From the human T2T-CHM13v2.0 reference genome, Homo sapiens: 64,000 bases of DNA. The notes beneath the pieces are model-generated. The model saw nothing but the letters and a program-made list of their open reading frames with translations, was not told where the DNA came from and ran no database searches. The position numbers were made by a program, and so were the translations under genes. Positions 14,942 to 27,950 of this stretch are shown here, piece after piece (position 1 is the first letter of the stretch; each line of letters opens with the position of its first letter). The DNA is taken from the NCBI RefSeq assembly GCF_009914755.1, contig NC_060934.1; one strand, 5' to 3'.

Positions 14942-16869
14942 TGACAGAAACAAAAACTGGCCAAATGAAACAGAGGTTATCTCTTTGCAGTGTCTTTTGG
15001 GCAGTCCAACCTGTTACATTTGTGAGGATGGGGCCTCTTGATTTTGCTAGCTCCTCTCTTTTTCCTTCCTATTCTGTCCTCTACCCTCTTTTATTCTTCT
15101 ATCCTCTATGAAAGTAGAACACTTCTCTCCAGATACTCTAAAGTTGAATTTTTCAAATGTCCTATGACCTTGCACTCATACCATCTGTTCAAACACATAT
15201 TAAAATATCTTTCCAAGCAAAGACAGTTCCTGTTTATCCCTTGACCAAGGAATTGTGGTGCCTGATTACATATTTTTTTTCCTTCCATATTACAATAAAC
15301 ATTTCATATTAAAACATGAAAGCGACACAGACCTTGAGCAATATTGCTATTTGCATAATCAGTTGCTATTTGCATAATCAATTGGCATACAAATCATCAG
15401 TGTACATAGCTTGCTGTCCCTGGAAACTAAGAATATAAAATCAATGGAGGCTTAAGTGTAGCAGTTGTTTTAGCGCCTCAGGAAGCTGAGCAGCAGTAAG
15501 TTACTTTCCTTGACTTGTATTTCTGTGTTGCTAGGTAGTTCTGAAAGCTACTAGTTAGACCATACGGCATGGGCTGTTTGAATTTACTTAGCTGTTGTTA
15601 GCAGGATGCTTCCTGTGTGTTTTTATAACAAAATTCTGTGGTGTTTTGGGGCAGTACTTCTGTGATTTCTTACTGGTAAAATACCCCAAATGAAATAATT
15701 ATTGCATTGTTCTCATGGAGATGGATGTAACCCCATGGCAGAGATGTACGCTGTGCAAACTCATTGTTTTCAAGATCAAAATAGAAGTCATTGATTCTCC
15801 CTGCATATATCAACATGCATCATGACAATCCAACCAAATGAGATAGTGGTACTCTGATGATCAATGTGAGGCCACAGTTGGATCGCTGTGGAGCTCTAAG
15901 CACATCTGAGTATGTGTAACTTGAAAACCTTTTGTTCCTAGCATTCTACTAAGTTTCTGACACAAGTGTCACATTAAAGAAAGCTTGTAAGAAAAGAAAA
16001 ATTGTTAGCAAAATCTCATACACTAGAAGTGACAAAAATTGCGTAAGGAGGGTTCAGCAGGAATCGTTGTCTTATGACATGATCAGTTCTAGAATTCATG
16101 CAGTGAGCTAGGTTAACTTTCCAGGAAGTTAGGGAAGACAAAGCTGATCCTGTTAATGTGTGTAGTTCACCTAAATGGGTCAAATGGCACTGATACCCAC
16201 ATCAGCCATTGATGACTGGGTGGTACATTGCACAAAGGTCTTGGAAAAATGTTTGCTCTGAGGAAGCATCGCAGTGACCTATGAGAGGAGTCAATTTGCT
16301 CAGCCTCATCAGGGTTTGCCTCAACTTCTGAATTGAAGCTTGATTGCTTTGCATGGGTGATGCTTTTGCCATACTAGGAGGGCCCTCAAAATGATGACAC
16401 ATTTTCTACTGTGTCATGCACTTGCTTACAAATCTGAAGGATCCATTTTCTGTTGTGGCAATTGGAGTATACCAAGTGAGCAGAGAGCTTGCTCCAATTA
16501 TAACATCTCCTATGCCTTTTTTGAAAGAAAATGATACTGAATGTATTGCCTTTTATCATGCGGAAATGAGGTGTTTTTAGTGACGATACTTATTTGTGTT
16601 TCAAATGTGGAAAGAAATAAATCAGGGATTTTTCTTGCCATAAAGCTAAAATTTAGGAAAAAGTCTTATATATGAGATACTTGTTTCAGGAAATAAAGGG
16701 ATGAATGTTGCAAGTTAAATCTTACTGAGTTTAGAGCACTTAGATGATTTTATGTCTTGTCATTTTTCCCAGGAGAGCTTACAGTGAAAATACATCCCAG
16801 ATCCTCTGTTTGAAACTAGGATTCTATCTTACAACAGTAATATGATAAAATGTGATGAAAAGGAGGTTC

Positions 16870-16902
16870 TTTTTTTTTTTTTTTTTTTGAGATGGAGTCT
16901 CA
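16870..16902 (-). mobile_element. Alu 3'-end stub
   Basis: T19 followed by gagatggagtctca only. Confidence 0.7.
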
Positions 16903-16912
16903 TGCACCCATC

Positions 16913-17224
<312 letters not shown>

Positions 17225-17245
17225 CAGCCATCTTTACTTATAAAT

Positions 17246-17679
<434 letters not shown>

Positions 17680-17920
17680 TCAGAAGTAGACATTAAAGGA
17701 AGGGGAATCCCTCACACATTCATTTCCCTTGAAATCAGAAGTAACACACTCCATTGAATTCCTACTAGAGTATGAACACTTTCCATTACTTTTATTTTCA
17801 TCTGACATCTGATGTATTTGAACCAAGAGTACAGATTTTGGGGAGGGCATGATGGAAAATGTCCAAAGAGAGAGAAAATGTCCACTGAGAGCACTGATTA
17901 GAACCAAGCTTCTGTTTGTT

Positions 17921-18391
17921 TTCTTAATCCAGTCTATCATTGTTGGACATTTGGGTTGGTTCCAAGTCTTTGCTATTGTGAATAGTGCCACAATAAACAT
18001 ATGTGTGCATGTCACATATATACCATGGGATACTATGCAGCCATAAAAAATGATGAATTCATGTCCTTTGTAGGGGCATGGATGAAACTGGAAACCATCA
18101 TTCTCAGCAAACTATCGCAAGGCCAAAAAACCAAACACCGCATGTTCTCACTCATAGGTGGGAATTGAACAATGAGAACACATGGACACAGGAAGGGGAA
18201 CATCACACACCGGGGCCTGTTGTGGGGTGGGGCGAGAGGGGAGGGACAGCATTAGGAGATATGCCTAATTTAAATGACGAGTTAATGGGTGGAGCACACC
18301 AACATGGCACATGTATACATATGTAACAAACCTGCACATTGTGCACATGTACCCTAGAACTTGAAGTATAATAAAAAAAAAAACAAAAAAC
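17921..18391 (+). mobile_element. L1PA4/5-like 3' fragment with 5' inversion (17921-18012 inverted)
   Basis: Antisense L1 segment followed by sense 3'UTR ending ccctagaacttgaagtataataaaa. TSD aagcttctgtttgtt/aagcttttgtttctt. Confidence 0.93.
18224..18245 (+). other. G-quadruplex motif in L1 3'UTR
   Basis: GGGG-t-GGGG-cgaga-GGGG-a-GGG. Confidence 0.6.
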
Positions 18392-18602
18392 AAGCTTTTG
18401 TTTCTTTAGGCTTTAGGTCCTGCCTGAAGTCAGAAATTGAGCTTGCAGTCTGCTTCTTGGGGAAGGTAGCATTAGTTTTTCACCTTCTACATGCAGTGAT
18501 TCTAAAATGTGTAAGTGCAATAATGGCAAATTCATTATTGGGAAAAATATAAAGAATATGGCAACTAGGAACACTTTGCCAAAACAGCATCATCGGTTAT
18601 AA

Positions 18603-18803
18603 GCAATGTTCTGCCAGTGAACATTTAACAACAGACTCTCTGAGGAAAGAAAAAGCCCCTGATTTGTAGCCTCTGCCAATTTCTTTGGCTATTCCCACCA
18701 TGGCTGAAGACTGAAGTCAAGTTACTGGCCAGACCACACTGAAATGGATTTGGTGAGAGATGCAGACCATTGATTCTGGGGAGCCGGCTCCAACTTACCC
18801 TTA
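18603..18803 (-). mobile_element. MER63A-like hAT-Blackjack element
   Basis: tttaacaacagactctc...aaagcccctgatttgtagc...cccaccatggc...gagccggctccaac. Confidence 0.7.
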
Positions 18804-19344
18804 GAGGCTTACAACTTTATCTTTTGTCGGTTGGTTGGTTTTCAACTGGGTAAGCACAACAATAAGAAGGAAGGGAGGTTGGGCTGATGTTCCTCAGTCC
18901 TTTATGAGAGCAAAATGGAGTTTCAGGATTGGCCCTTTTCCAATCTCCAGCTTCCCATTCCTGCATAATATACTAAATAGCTTTCCATTTTTCCTCACTG
19001 CAGAAGAAATAACTCAGAAACTCAAAAGAGCAATACACTGAAAGGAGTTAAAAACAATCCCTATAGGAAATATAATAAGCACACATCATCCTAGCTATAT
19101 TCATGTAGTAATGCCTCTGAGCCTTGGGTGTGGGTTGCTTATGCAGTTTCTCTGGCACAGGATCACACACTATTGTCACAGCACTTGTCCCCTTGCTGTG
19201 TTTTTATTTGTTTTCGTGTCTCTCTGCCCCAGTAGACAGAGCCTGAGCTCCTTGAGGGCAGGCACCATTTGTTTTTGTTTTTTTTTTCTTCACTATCTCC
19301 TAACCTTAGCAGAGTGCCTGGTTAATAACAGGCTCTTTTCCTGC

Positions 19345-19550
19345 ATTCTATGCCTCCATAGGGGGCAACTCTAAGAGCCTTTCCAGCTCCAGATCTCCCT
19401 CTGGGAGCAACCCAGGCTTCTGTTGCAACCACTTTGCAATTAAATTTTCTCTTTGCTTAATCCAGCTTCCCTCACGCCTTTGTAGGTAGGAATTGTTCCT
19501 GAGAGTGCTCCATAACAGTTATCCTGCTTGCAAGTCCCCATTTCAGAGAC
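19345..19550 (+). mobile_element. LTR16-like ERVL LTR fragment
   Basis: gcaactct...ccagctccagatctccc...tccagcttccctcac...gagagtgctcc...cccatttcagag. Confidence 0.55.
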
Positions 19551-20666
19551 AATATTTAATTTATGACATTTTGAATATTGCACAGAGAAATTTGGAAATT
19601 CATTTGGCCACTTTTCTACAGTAATGCATTTCACAGCATGAAATAATTTGCATTATTCAAAATTGAGTATCACATGAAACCAATGGCCCTTTGCTTGAGG
19701 GTGCTATTAAACTAGATGATCCATTAGAATCTTTGACTTCCTAAAAATGTTTCTATCACTGGGCACTGAAATCAGCTGACTTAGCTGTGATTAATGTGAT
19801 TGACAGAGTTTCAAGGCAGACTGCAAACACTTTGAGAAGGAGTTCTACCATAATCATAAAGTCTTATCCTGGATAATTTTGAATAATTGCCATGGACTAT
19901 TGGCCATTTTTTGGTGGCGGTAGGTACTGCCATTGAACAGGTGGATATGTGCCTTTGGTCCCAAGGCAAATGCTATGCTTTTGCCAAAGAAATCACCTTT
20001 TAATATAACTTACTTTCACATCACCTGAATTCCTTAGTATGTCATCTGGGATTCCTGGGTACCAACAATTCCCACTTGTTCTGTGTGTCACATTGCCAAT
20101 ACAATCAGACATCTGCTTCTGGAATAATAAAGCTGTGTTTGTGGTGCTAGCACATACCTTGGCTTCTGTGAGTCAGGAAGCTTATTGTTGCATGTACTTG
20201 AACCATCCCGGTCTGCAGGAGCACAGCAGATTTCTCTGGAAAACAGTTTTTTTTTGGGGGGGGGGGTTACATAATTCAATGAAAGTGTCTTAATGTATGA
20301 ATCTCAGAAATCAAGATGATTAACTTCAGACTTTGGCATGTCCTCAAACAGCCATTATTAACACTGGGCTTGTATGCCCTGGTTTTAGAATGAAGTTCCT
20401 AATTTAATTATATCTCAGTAGTCCTCAATGGATTGACAGTGCCCTTCTTATTAACAAGATCTCAGTCTCAATTCTAGAAGATGCTTCTTTTAGGTATCAG
20501 TAAAGTGGGACAAGTAGACCTTCAGCAATTTTCCTGAATTAGGGAAGACTAGGAAGTGCTATTATAATCACATTGTAATCATCAGTATTACAAATTAGAG
20601 AAATATATAACTATAGAACTGCAGGTACTAAAAAACACACAGTAAAGTCATATTTCTTTCTTTCTC

Positions 20667-21055
20667 TTTATATATATAGTATATATATAAACACGCACAC
20701 ATATACATGTGTATATATAGTATATATGTACTCATGCACATATATATACTACGTGTACATATATACACACTTAAAATTAGATATGTGTATATAGTATGTG
20801 TAAGTACACATATATGTGTATATATACACATATATGTGTATCAGCCATTTTATTTTATATATGTATATGTACACATATATAATAAATGTATGTATACACA
20901 TATATAAAAAATATATATGTGCACATATATAAAATATATATGTGCACATATATAAAAAATATATATGTGCACATATATAAAATATATATGTGCACATATA
21001 TAAAAAATATATATGTGCACATATATATAAAACATGTGTGTATATGTACACACAT
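20667..21055. repeat. (TA)n/(TATG)n low-complexity tract containing a palindromic minisatellite
   Basis: Alternating purine-pyrimidine sequence with five TATATATGTGCACATATATA units. Confidence 0.95.
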
Positions 21056-22369
21056 AGATGAGTAGACCAATGCAGCTGTATGATATAGATATAGAAATAG
21101 ATCCATATCATAATTTGGGTCACATTTTTAAATGGGGTAAAGCAGCAAGTGAAATGTCATTAAAGGAGCTTATTTTATTAAATTATTTTGTCTCATGAAT
21201 TTAACACACAGTTTTGCATTTTGTGATTGAACTAGTCTTTCTCTTCCTTTTCCTTCCCTTCACCTTCCTTAATACCACTGAACATTAAGCAAGACTGTAG
21301 TCCCACCACACTAGGCCTGAGACATTCCCACTGTGCTGAGAGACCCATAATTTGAGAACAGGCCTCCTGGGAAGAGAACGGTTCGCGTTACCATTTTTTT
21401 TTCCCCCCAGCATGCTTCCCTCACATATCCTGGCCTGCAATGCAGAGGCCAGGGGGAAACACTGGGGAGAGGGCTCCCAGGACCTAGCAGTGTGATTATC
21501 ACAGCTGGTGCTGGGTCGCTGTTTCCACAGCCACATTCCGGAGCTGTGAAAGGTCTGCCCAGACGTAAATCCCAGCCCCTCTCTGTCAGTGCTAACAGAT
21601 GGCAACCTCATGGCGAGACTTGTTTTATGGCACAGATTTTATACTCAGTTGGAGCAGCCAACCTTGTATAAAATGTGACTATAATGACACCATCACATTC
21701 CCCATCTCTATCTAGAAAGCAAAAATGTGTAACATACATGCTTTGGTACAGTGTATTAGCTGCATCAATCTAAATTTTTGGGTGTAGAAAATCACCAATG
21801 GACTTGTTTAGCAAAAAATAGTAATTTAGGGAACCAATGTGAGTTCATTAGCATTCTCATATTGGGCTAGATTTTTATAAGATATGCCTAGAACACAGCA
21901 AGATGGTAACAGTATCAAAGACAAGTAAAAAGAAAGGATAGGAACTGCACTGTATCTGGATGAAATGGGAATTGAAAAAGACAAATCAAAAGAAAGTAAC
22001 AAAATGGCCTCAAAACACAGTATTATTTAGTTATTTGGGCTTAAACCCAGAAAAAACACTATTTCATTTCTTACTGTAATGAAACCTAATCTTCGAACTA
22101 GAAAAAATAGAATAAACATACTAAGAGAAAACAATTATAATAATAAGTATAATAATAAACATAAGAGGAGATTAAATATGTGAAAATATGTTAAAATCAG
22201 ACCTTACCACTTAAAATCAGCTGAAGATTCCAGGTACAAATGAGCGATGTTACAGCATACTGAAAAAACATTGCAGATACTATGTCATGTCCACCTTAGC
22301 AGCACGACTTGCTTTCTTTCTCATTTTAAAGCAGAGAAAACAGTAAAAAATCAGATCATCCTGCATCAA

Positions 22370-22898
22370 AAGTGAATGTAGCATTAGGCTATATTGACCG
22401 AAGTTTGCTTTCCAGAAAAATCAAAGATGCATCCTAATTAAGACTATTATTTGGTATTGTGTTTTCAGAGAACATGGCTTACATTAATGTTGATGAAACA
22501 GATCTGATTTCTATCAACTAAAATTATGAAGAAAAGGGAACAAATATTATGTGCATTAGCTGAAAGGACTTGGAATATTTTAACCTAGAAAAGACTTGAG
22601 GAGAAAGATAAGTTAGTTCAAATATTTGAAAGGCTGTCAGATTTAGGCTTCATTTATGTCATTGCATTGGACAATAGAACAATCAGTAAGTTGAAGTTAC
22701 AAGTAAACAGGTCTCCACTCAGCGTTAAGATGGGTTTTGTACAATTGCCAGCTGTTTAATTAAAGTGGAAATGAACTGCTCTGAGACAGTGAACCCTGTT
22801 CAAATGGAAAGTGAAGTCAATTGTTCAGGTTTATGGTGGAAGGAATTCTTGTATTAGATGAGTGATTAAATACGATGACCTCACTGATCTCCTTCATT
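22370..22898 (+). mobile_element. L3/CR1 3' fragment
   Basis: ctgaaaggacttggaatattttaacctagaaaagac...ttcaaatatttgaaaggctgtca...gatgacctcactgatctccttc. Confidence 0.65.
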
Positions 22899-22900
22899 GC

Positions 22901-23197
<297 letters not shown>

Positions 23198-26100
23198 CAT
23201 TTCTAAAAATCTGTTTGGTTTTGGGGCGGAGTGTCATTTTGAACTTATTCAGCAACTGTGCAGGGTTGTGATATTTGAGCAGTGCTATTCATCCAAGCCA
23301 TTTTATTTTCATATATTGTAAATAGTAGCAGGATATAGAGGAAATACGCAAATAAAATGTCTTTCAGTGATGTAGATGGTATCCTGTAAAACTATTGATT
23401 AAGTACCAACATCATTGCAACAGATGGCATAACCCAGTGTCAGACCAGTAAGTTTCATCAGGGTAAGGCCTCCAATCCACAAATTGAAAACAGGTGGCAA
23501 AAGTTCCCTGGGGGACCTGGCATCTGTAAGTAATCAGTTACTGTAAAAGCCCTGGTCAGACACAAATTAGCTTCTTTGCTGATGACATTTTTAATAGCTG
23601 AAGAACCTCACAGCTTTATTTAATTAGAATTTTAATATACAATATACATGCAGTTGATCACCTTTGACAATTGTTTGATTCTCTTCTACTTTTTTAGCCT
23701 AAGTTACAATATGCTAGCCAGACATTTTATTTCGGCGACACCAAAAGATCAGAAACATGTGATGGAAGGCAAGATGGACTTGTCTGTCTATACTGCTAGA
23801 AGGTTTCTCTGTTGCATTTTCTCTCGTTCCTCCATTCATCCATAACCGACCCTTAAGGGGAAATCAAATACATATGTACTCGGTTTCTGTTCAGTGGAAA
23901 TTAAATCCCACGAAAACCAAACTGTGATTTGAACTGAAAATAGTCATTTTTAAAGTATGTTACCAACCTTTCTGACATGATATTCCACCAACCTCCCCCT
24001 CCCCAATGGAGATGGAAGTAAATTAAAGTTTATTCATAGGGAAATTGACATATAAGACAATGGATAAAGACATAAATTGCTAACATTGTCCAAAATCGAT
24101 ATTTTCAAAGCTTTGGGTCTTCTACTTCAAAGCTTCATTGGAAAGTATGATGGAAAGTGAGAATTTAGTAGAAAAGCCAGGCTACTCCATTTGGGGAAAA
24201 ACGAATAGCTTAGAGTCCTTTGGACATACCATGGGAAGATCTCTGAATATTCATGAATGCTATTGGCCAGTATTTCAGTTAATATGGTAAGATAATTCTT
24301 ATTCTGACTATACTCAGTAATTTGTCAGAAAAGCATTTGCTTTATGGAAGCAGTAAGTTTCTGCATCTATAACAATTGAGACAGGTCATAAAACAGAATA
24401 GAAATGTAACAGAAAACAGCAGAATGATTTAAAATGCCCTGTTTTTGGAAAATAAATGCTATGTGAAATCAAATAAAACATACTGCATACAATCCAGAGG
24501 TTCACTCACCTCCACATTTTCCGTTTTCTCCATAGTGACACAGAGAACTCTAAGGCGGAAGTCAGCCACATAAAGTGGCTACATTTTTAGTCTAAATGAA
24601 GAAGCAATAGAGGGCATTGGAAGAAGTTTAATCTCATGCCTATGTTCTTGAACTTGCCTCTGTCCCCCAGCCTCTTCCCTATACCAGGAGAAATTTTACC
24701 TTTATCTGCTGCATTGTTTTCTACTAGGCATTATTCTCTTCTCTAAAATGAAGAAAGCATTTTGCATTATTGGCTTTGGTCAAGGCTTTGGTTTGTATTT
24801 TATTAGTTTATTCCGGTCATGAATGACTGATTTATTGTTTGACAAAAACTTTCTGGTCATCATGGCCTTCGTACTTTGTATGCATCAACTGCCTCATCAT
24901 CATCATAATCAGGAGGCTGAATGTTTTTAAAGTTTAAAAACAGTTAGCCCCTTGACAGATTACAATGACATTTCCAAGACAGTTCATATGAGGGAAATGG
25001 AATCAAGCAATAGACAGTGAATGCCTTCCTGTGTATAACTGTCATGTGAACTTAAGCCTTCTATATATGATGAAAGCCCTGTTGGATTACACACATCACC
25101 CTTCAGATTTCATAGCTGTTGCTAACTGCAAAGCACAAGTAGTAGCCTCCTCTATAGCCAATGAAGACATTATCTTGGCTTCCGATTTTTTTCATTGAGA
25201 AGATAGATATGGCATTTTCCTATTGATGTCATTGTGTAAACATAAAGACATATTTTAGATGCTTTTGACTATGAAATTCTCAAATCCTCAATTGTGGTTT
25301 TGTAGCTCCCAGGTATACTGCCATGGTTCAGGAAGGAATTTCTGGGGAGTGGGATGCAACATCCGGGCAGCACCTCCATTGGTTCAAGAACTAGGGCAGT
25401 GAAAAAGCAATAGAGAACAAGCCTGGTGTTGCACTGATGCCCCTGAGTAGTCCTAAAACAGTCCCAAGAAATCTAGACTAAACATGTTCTTCCGTGGGAG
25501 TCTCTCTCTGAGCTTCGTTCCAATCTCACAGAAGGATTTGCTGAAGTTGGCTTGGATCTAAAAAGCATAAAATCCCATGGGTAGGTAAAGATGAAACCAC
25601 GCAGCTGTTCCTAGAAACTTCAAGTTCTGCTCCTGATTCTCTTTGTCTTAGTAAGACTTTTGATTTTAGATATGATTTAATATAATATATGGTTAATTGA
25701 TAATACAGCCCGTTGGTGATTATTGTTTAGACTTTAAAGAAGCTGACTTACTGACTCATTGTTCCTCTTCACATTTTGTTGCTTACCTTTTAGTTATTTC
25801 TGTTTTTCAAGAAGCTCTTGAGAATGAGAGGAGTGAATGTGCCTGTGTTTTTTATATACTAATCATAACATGACGAGTGAGTTATTTCAAGAGGTGAAAA
25901 TCATTGGCCAAAACTAAACTTCCCAGTTCACTGTATATTTGGGTTTATCACATAGCTCAGTTCCTTATGAACATGGGTAAGCAAAAAATTACTACAGGCT
26001 AGTTATTGTTTCCCCTTAACAATCAAAGTTGTTATACCGGAAATCAGAGGTAAGAATTCAATAAGAGTGCTGAAATGAGAGGGCTGAGATGTACATTGTG

Positions 26101-26279
26101 TACCCTGGTGAGTAAGAAGTCTGGATAGGGGCCGGATGTAAAGGTTGGGGTTTGAAATTCTTGGATAAAGACAAATGAGCAGCTTCTGGGCAAAAGAAAT
26201 ACTTTTGGGCTTTTCTACATTCTAATATTTATTAGGAAACTGTGTTGTTCTAGACTTTTCTGCTTATCATGTGTTTTTT

Positions 26280-26760
26280 CCATTTATTCATCTCTCGACA
26301 AACATTTATTAAACTCCTTTTTTATGAAGCAATGTGTCTGATCATAACTTGTTATGATCATAACAAGCTGGGATTATAACAAGTCGACTCAGCCCATCCA
26401 AGAAGGAATGGAAGATGTGTTTACATGTGATATAAGTCAGCATATGTTCATTGCCATGCCGAGAGGAAGAAAGTTCTTGTGAATGTGTAATCTCGCTGGG
26501 GATCTGATTGGGCAGGGGCGGCTAAAGCACAGGGCAGATGGAGGGAGAGATCCTAGGAACAGGGAGTGGCATGCGTTGTGCATAGAGGGAGGAAGGTCCA
26601 GTAATTACCTGGGGAATGGGAGAGCAGTTCATTATAGCTACAGGCTTTGAAGGGTGAGTTGAGATATCATTTGAAATGGACTTGAAGATCAGACTAAGAT
26701 GCCCAGCCTTTATCCTGTGGACAATTTAGAGCCAGTATACATTTTTGAGCAGGACTTCTG
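26280..26760 (-). mobile_element. L2 fragment
   Basis: tttattca...aaacatttattaa followed by purine-rich L2 antisense sequence. Interrupted downstream by an L1. Confidence 0.5.
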
Positions 26761-26782
26761 ATACTATCAAGATATATCTGGC

Positions 26783-27241
26783 TGCTTATCAGTGTTGGAC
26801 TGGATAAAGGAAATGTGGTACATCTATACTGTGGAATTCCGTGTAGCCATAAAAAGAATGAAATCATGTCCTTTGCAGCAACATGAATGCAGCTGGAGAC
26901 TGTTATCCTAAGCAAATTAATGCAGAAACAGAAAACCAAATACCCCACGTTATCACTCAAAAGTGGGAGCTAAACACTGAGGACTTGTGGACATTGAGAG
27001 AGAAACAATAGACACCAGAGTCTACTTGAGGGTGAAGGGTGGGAGGAGAATGAAGATTGAAACCTATGTATCGAGTACTGTGTTCACTACCTGGGTGAAG
27101 AAATAATTTGTACAGCAAATCCAAGCAACATGCAATTTGCCCATGTAACAAACGTGCACACACATCTCCCACGATAAAAGTTGGAAGAAAAAAACAAACC
27201 TGCACACACATCTCCCACGATAAAAGTTGGAAGAAAAAAAA
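26783..27241 (+). mobile_element. L1PA15/16-like 3' fragment with tandemly duplicated 3' end
   Basis: gaaatcatgtcctttgcagcaacatg...ctacttgagggtgaagggtgggaggag. TSD aagatatatctggc/atgatgtatctggc. Confidence 0.9.
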
Positions 27242-27807
27242 TGATGTATCTGGCAATCATGACCAAGGGAGACTTGATTAAGGAGAGAATGGATACAGGG
27301 GCACAGTTGAGCTGTTAAAATAGGGAAGAGTTATTTTTAAAAAGCCTAAACTTTTATGTAATTTTGAAATAAGAAGGAAGTGGTACTTAATTGACCAGTT
27401 GGAGAAAATTGAGCTAATTAGTGTCCTTAGGGTGCTTTTTACTGCACTGATGAAACAAATGTATTTAAAACCTCACTACTTCCTATCTACATGTAGTGAA
27501 TAATCAGAATTAAGAAAAATATCTAAAATTGTATGTTAACTTGTATTTTTGCTAAAGGAAAAACCTATTAAGATTTTAATAACTTTTCTATGGTGGAAGC
27601 AATACAATAATTCTTTCAATCCACAGATTAAAATTCAGATTTTTAACTTAGAGTCCTTAATGAGATTTAAAAAGAGTTTTTGGCTTTGAATTTTAATTAT
27701 ATTTTTTCTTAATAAGCTGTGCCTATGGTTAATTTCTATATCTTTGTGAAAATGTTGTCATTTTCAATTGATGAAGGTGTTTTGATTAACTTTCTTCAAG
27801 ATCTGCG

Positions 27808-27950
27808 TATATATATGTATATACACACATATATATGTATATATATACTCACAGATATATGTATACACATACATATATATGTATATATATATGTGTATAT
27901 ATATATACTCACATATATATGTATACATATATATGTGAATATATATACTC
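27808..27950. repeat. (TA)n/(TATG)n microsatellite
   Basis: Degenerate TA repeat with recurring atatatactca. Confidence 0.9.

Noticed and set aside
15540-16510. Non-repeat-looking stretch with faint resemblance to an ancient LINE endonuclease (…LLMCVVHLNG…)
   Set aside because: Frames are full of stops and the motif match is too weak. An nhmmer/Dfam search would be needed.
20247-20266. T9-G11 homopolymer junction
   Set aside because: Simple slippage tract with no further structure.
20912-21030. Regularly spaced palindromic repeats resembling a CRISPR array
   Set aside because: No unique spacers, no cas genes, and a eukaryotic microsatellite context.
20628-21123. Overlapping Y/I/C/H-rich ORFs (also 27719-28111)
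   Set aside because: Artefacts of TA-rich microsatellites.
21390-21570. Cryptic acceptor ttttttttccccccAG|21411 with donor AC|GTAAAT at 21565
   Set aside because: The donor is weak, and such pseudoexons are common in long introns.
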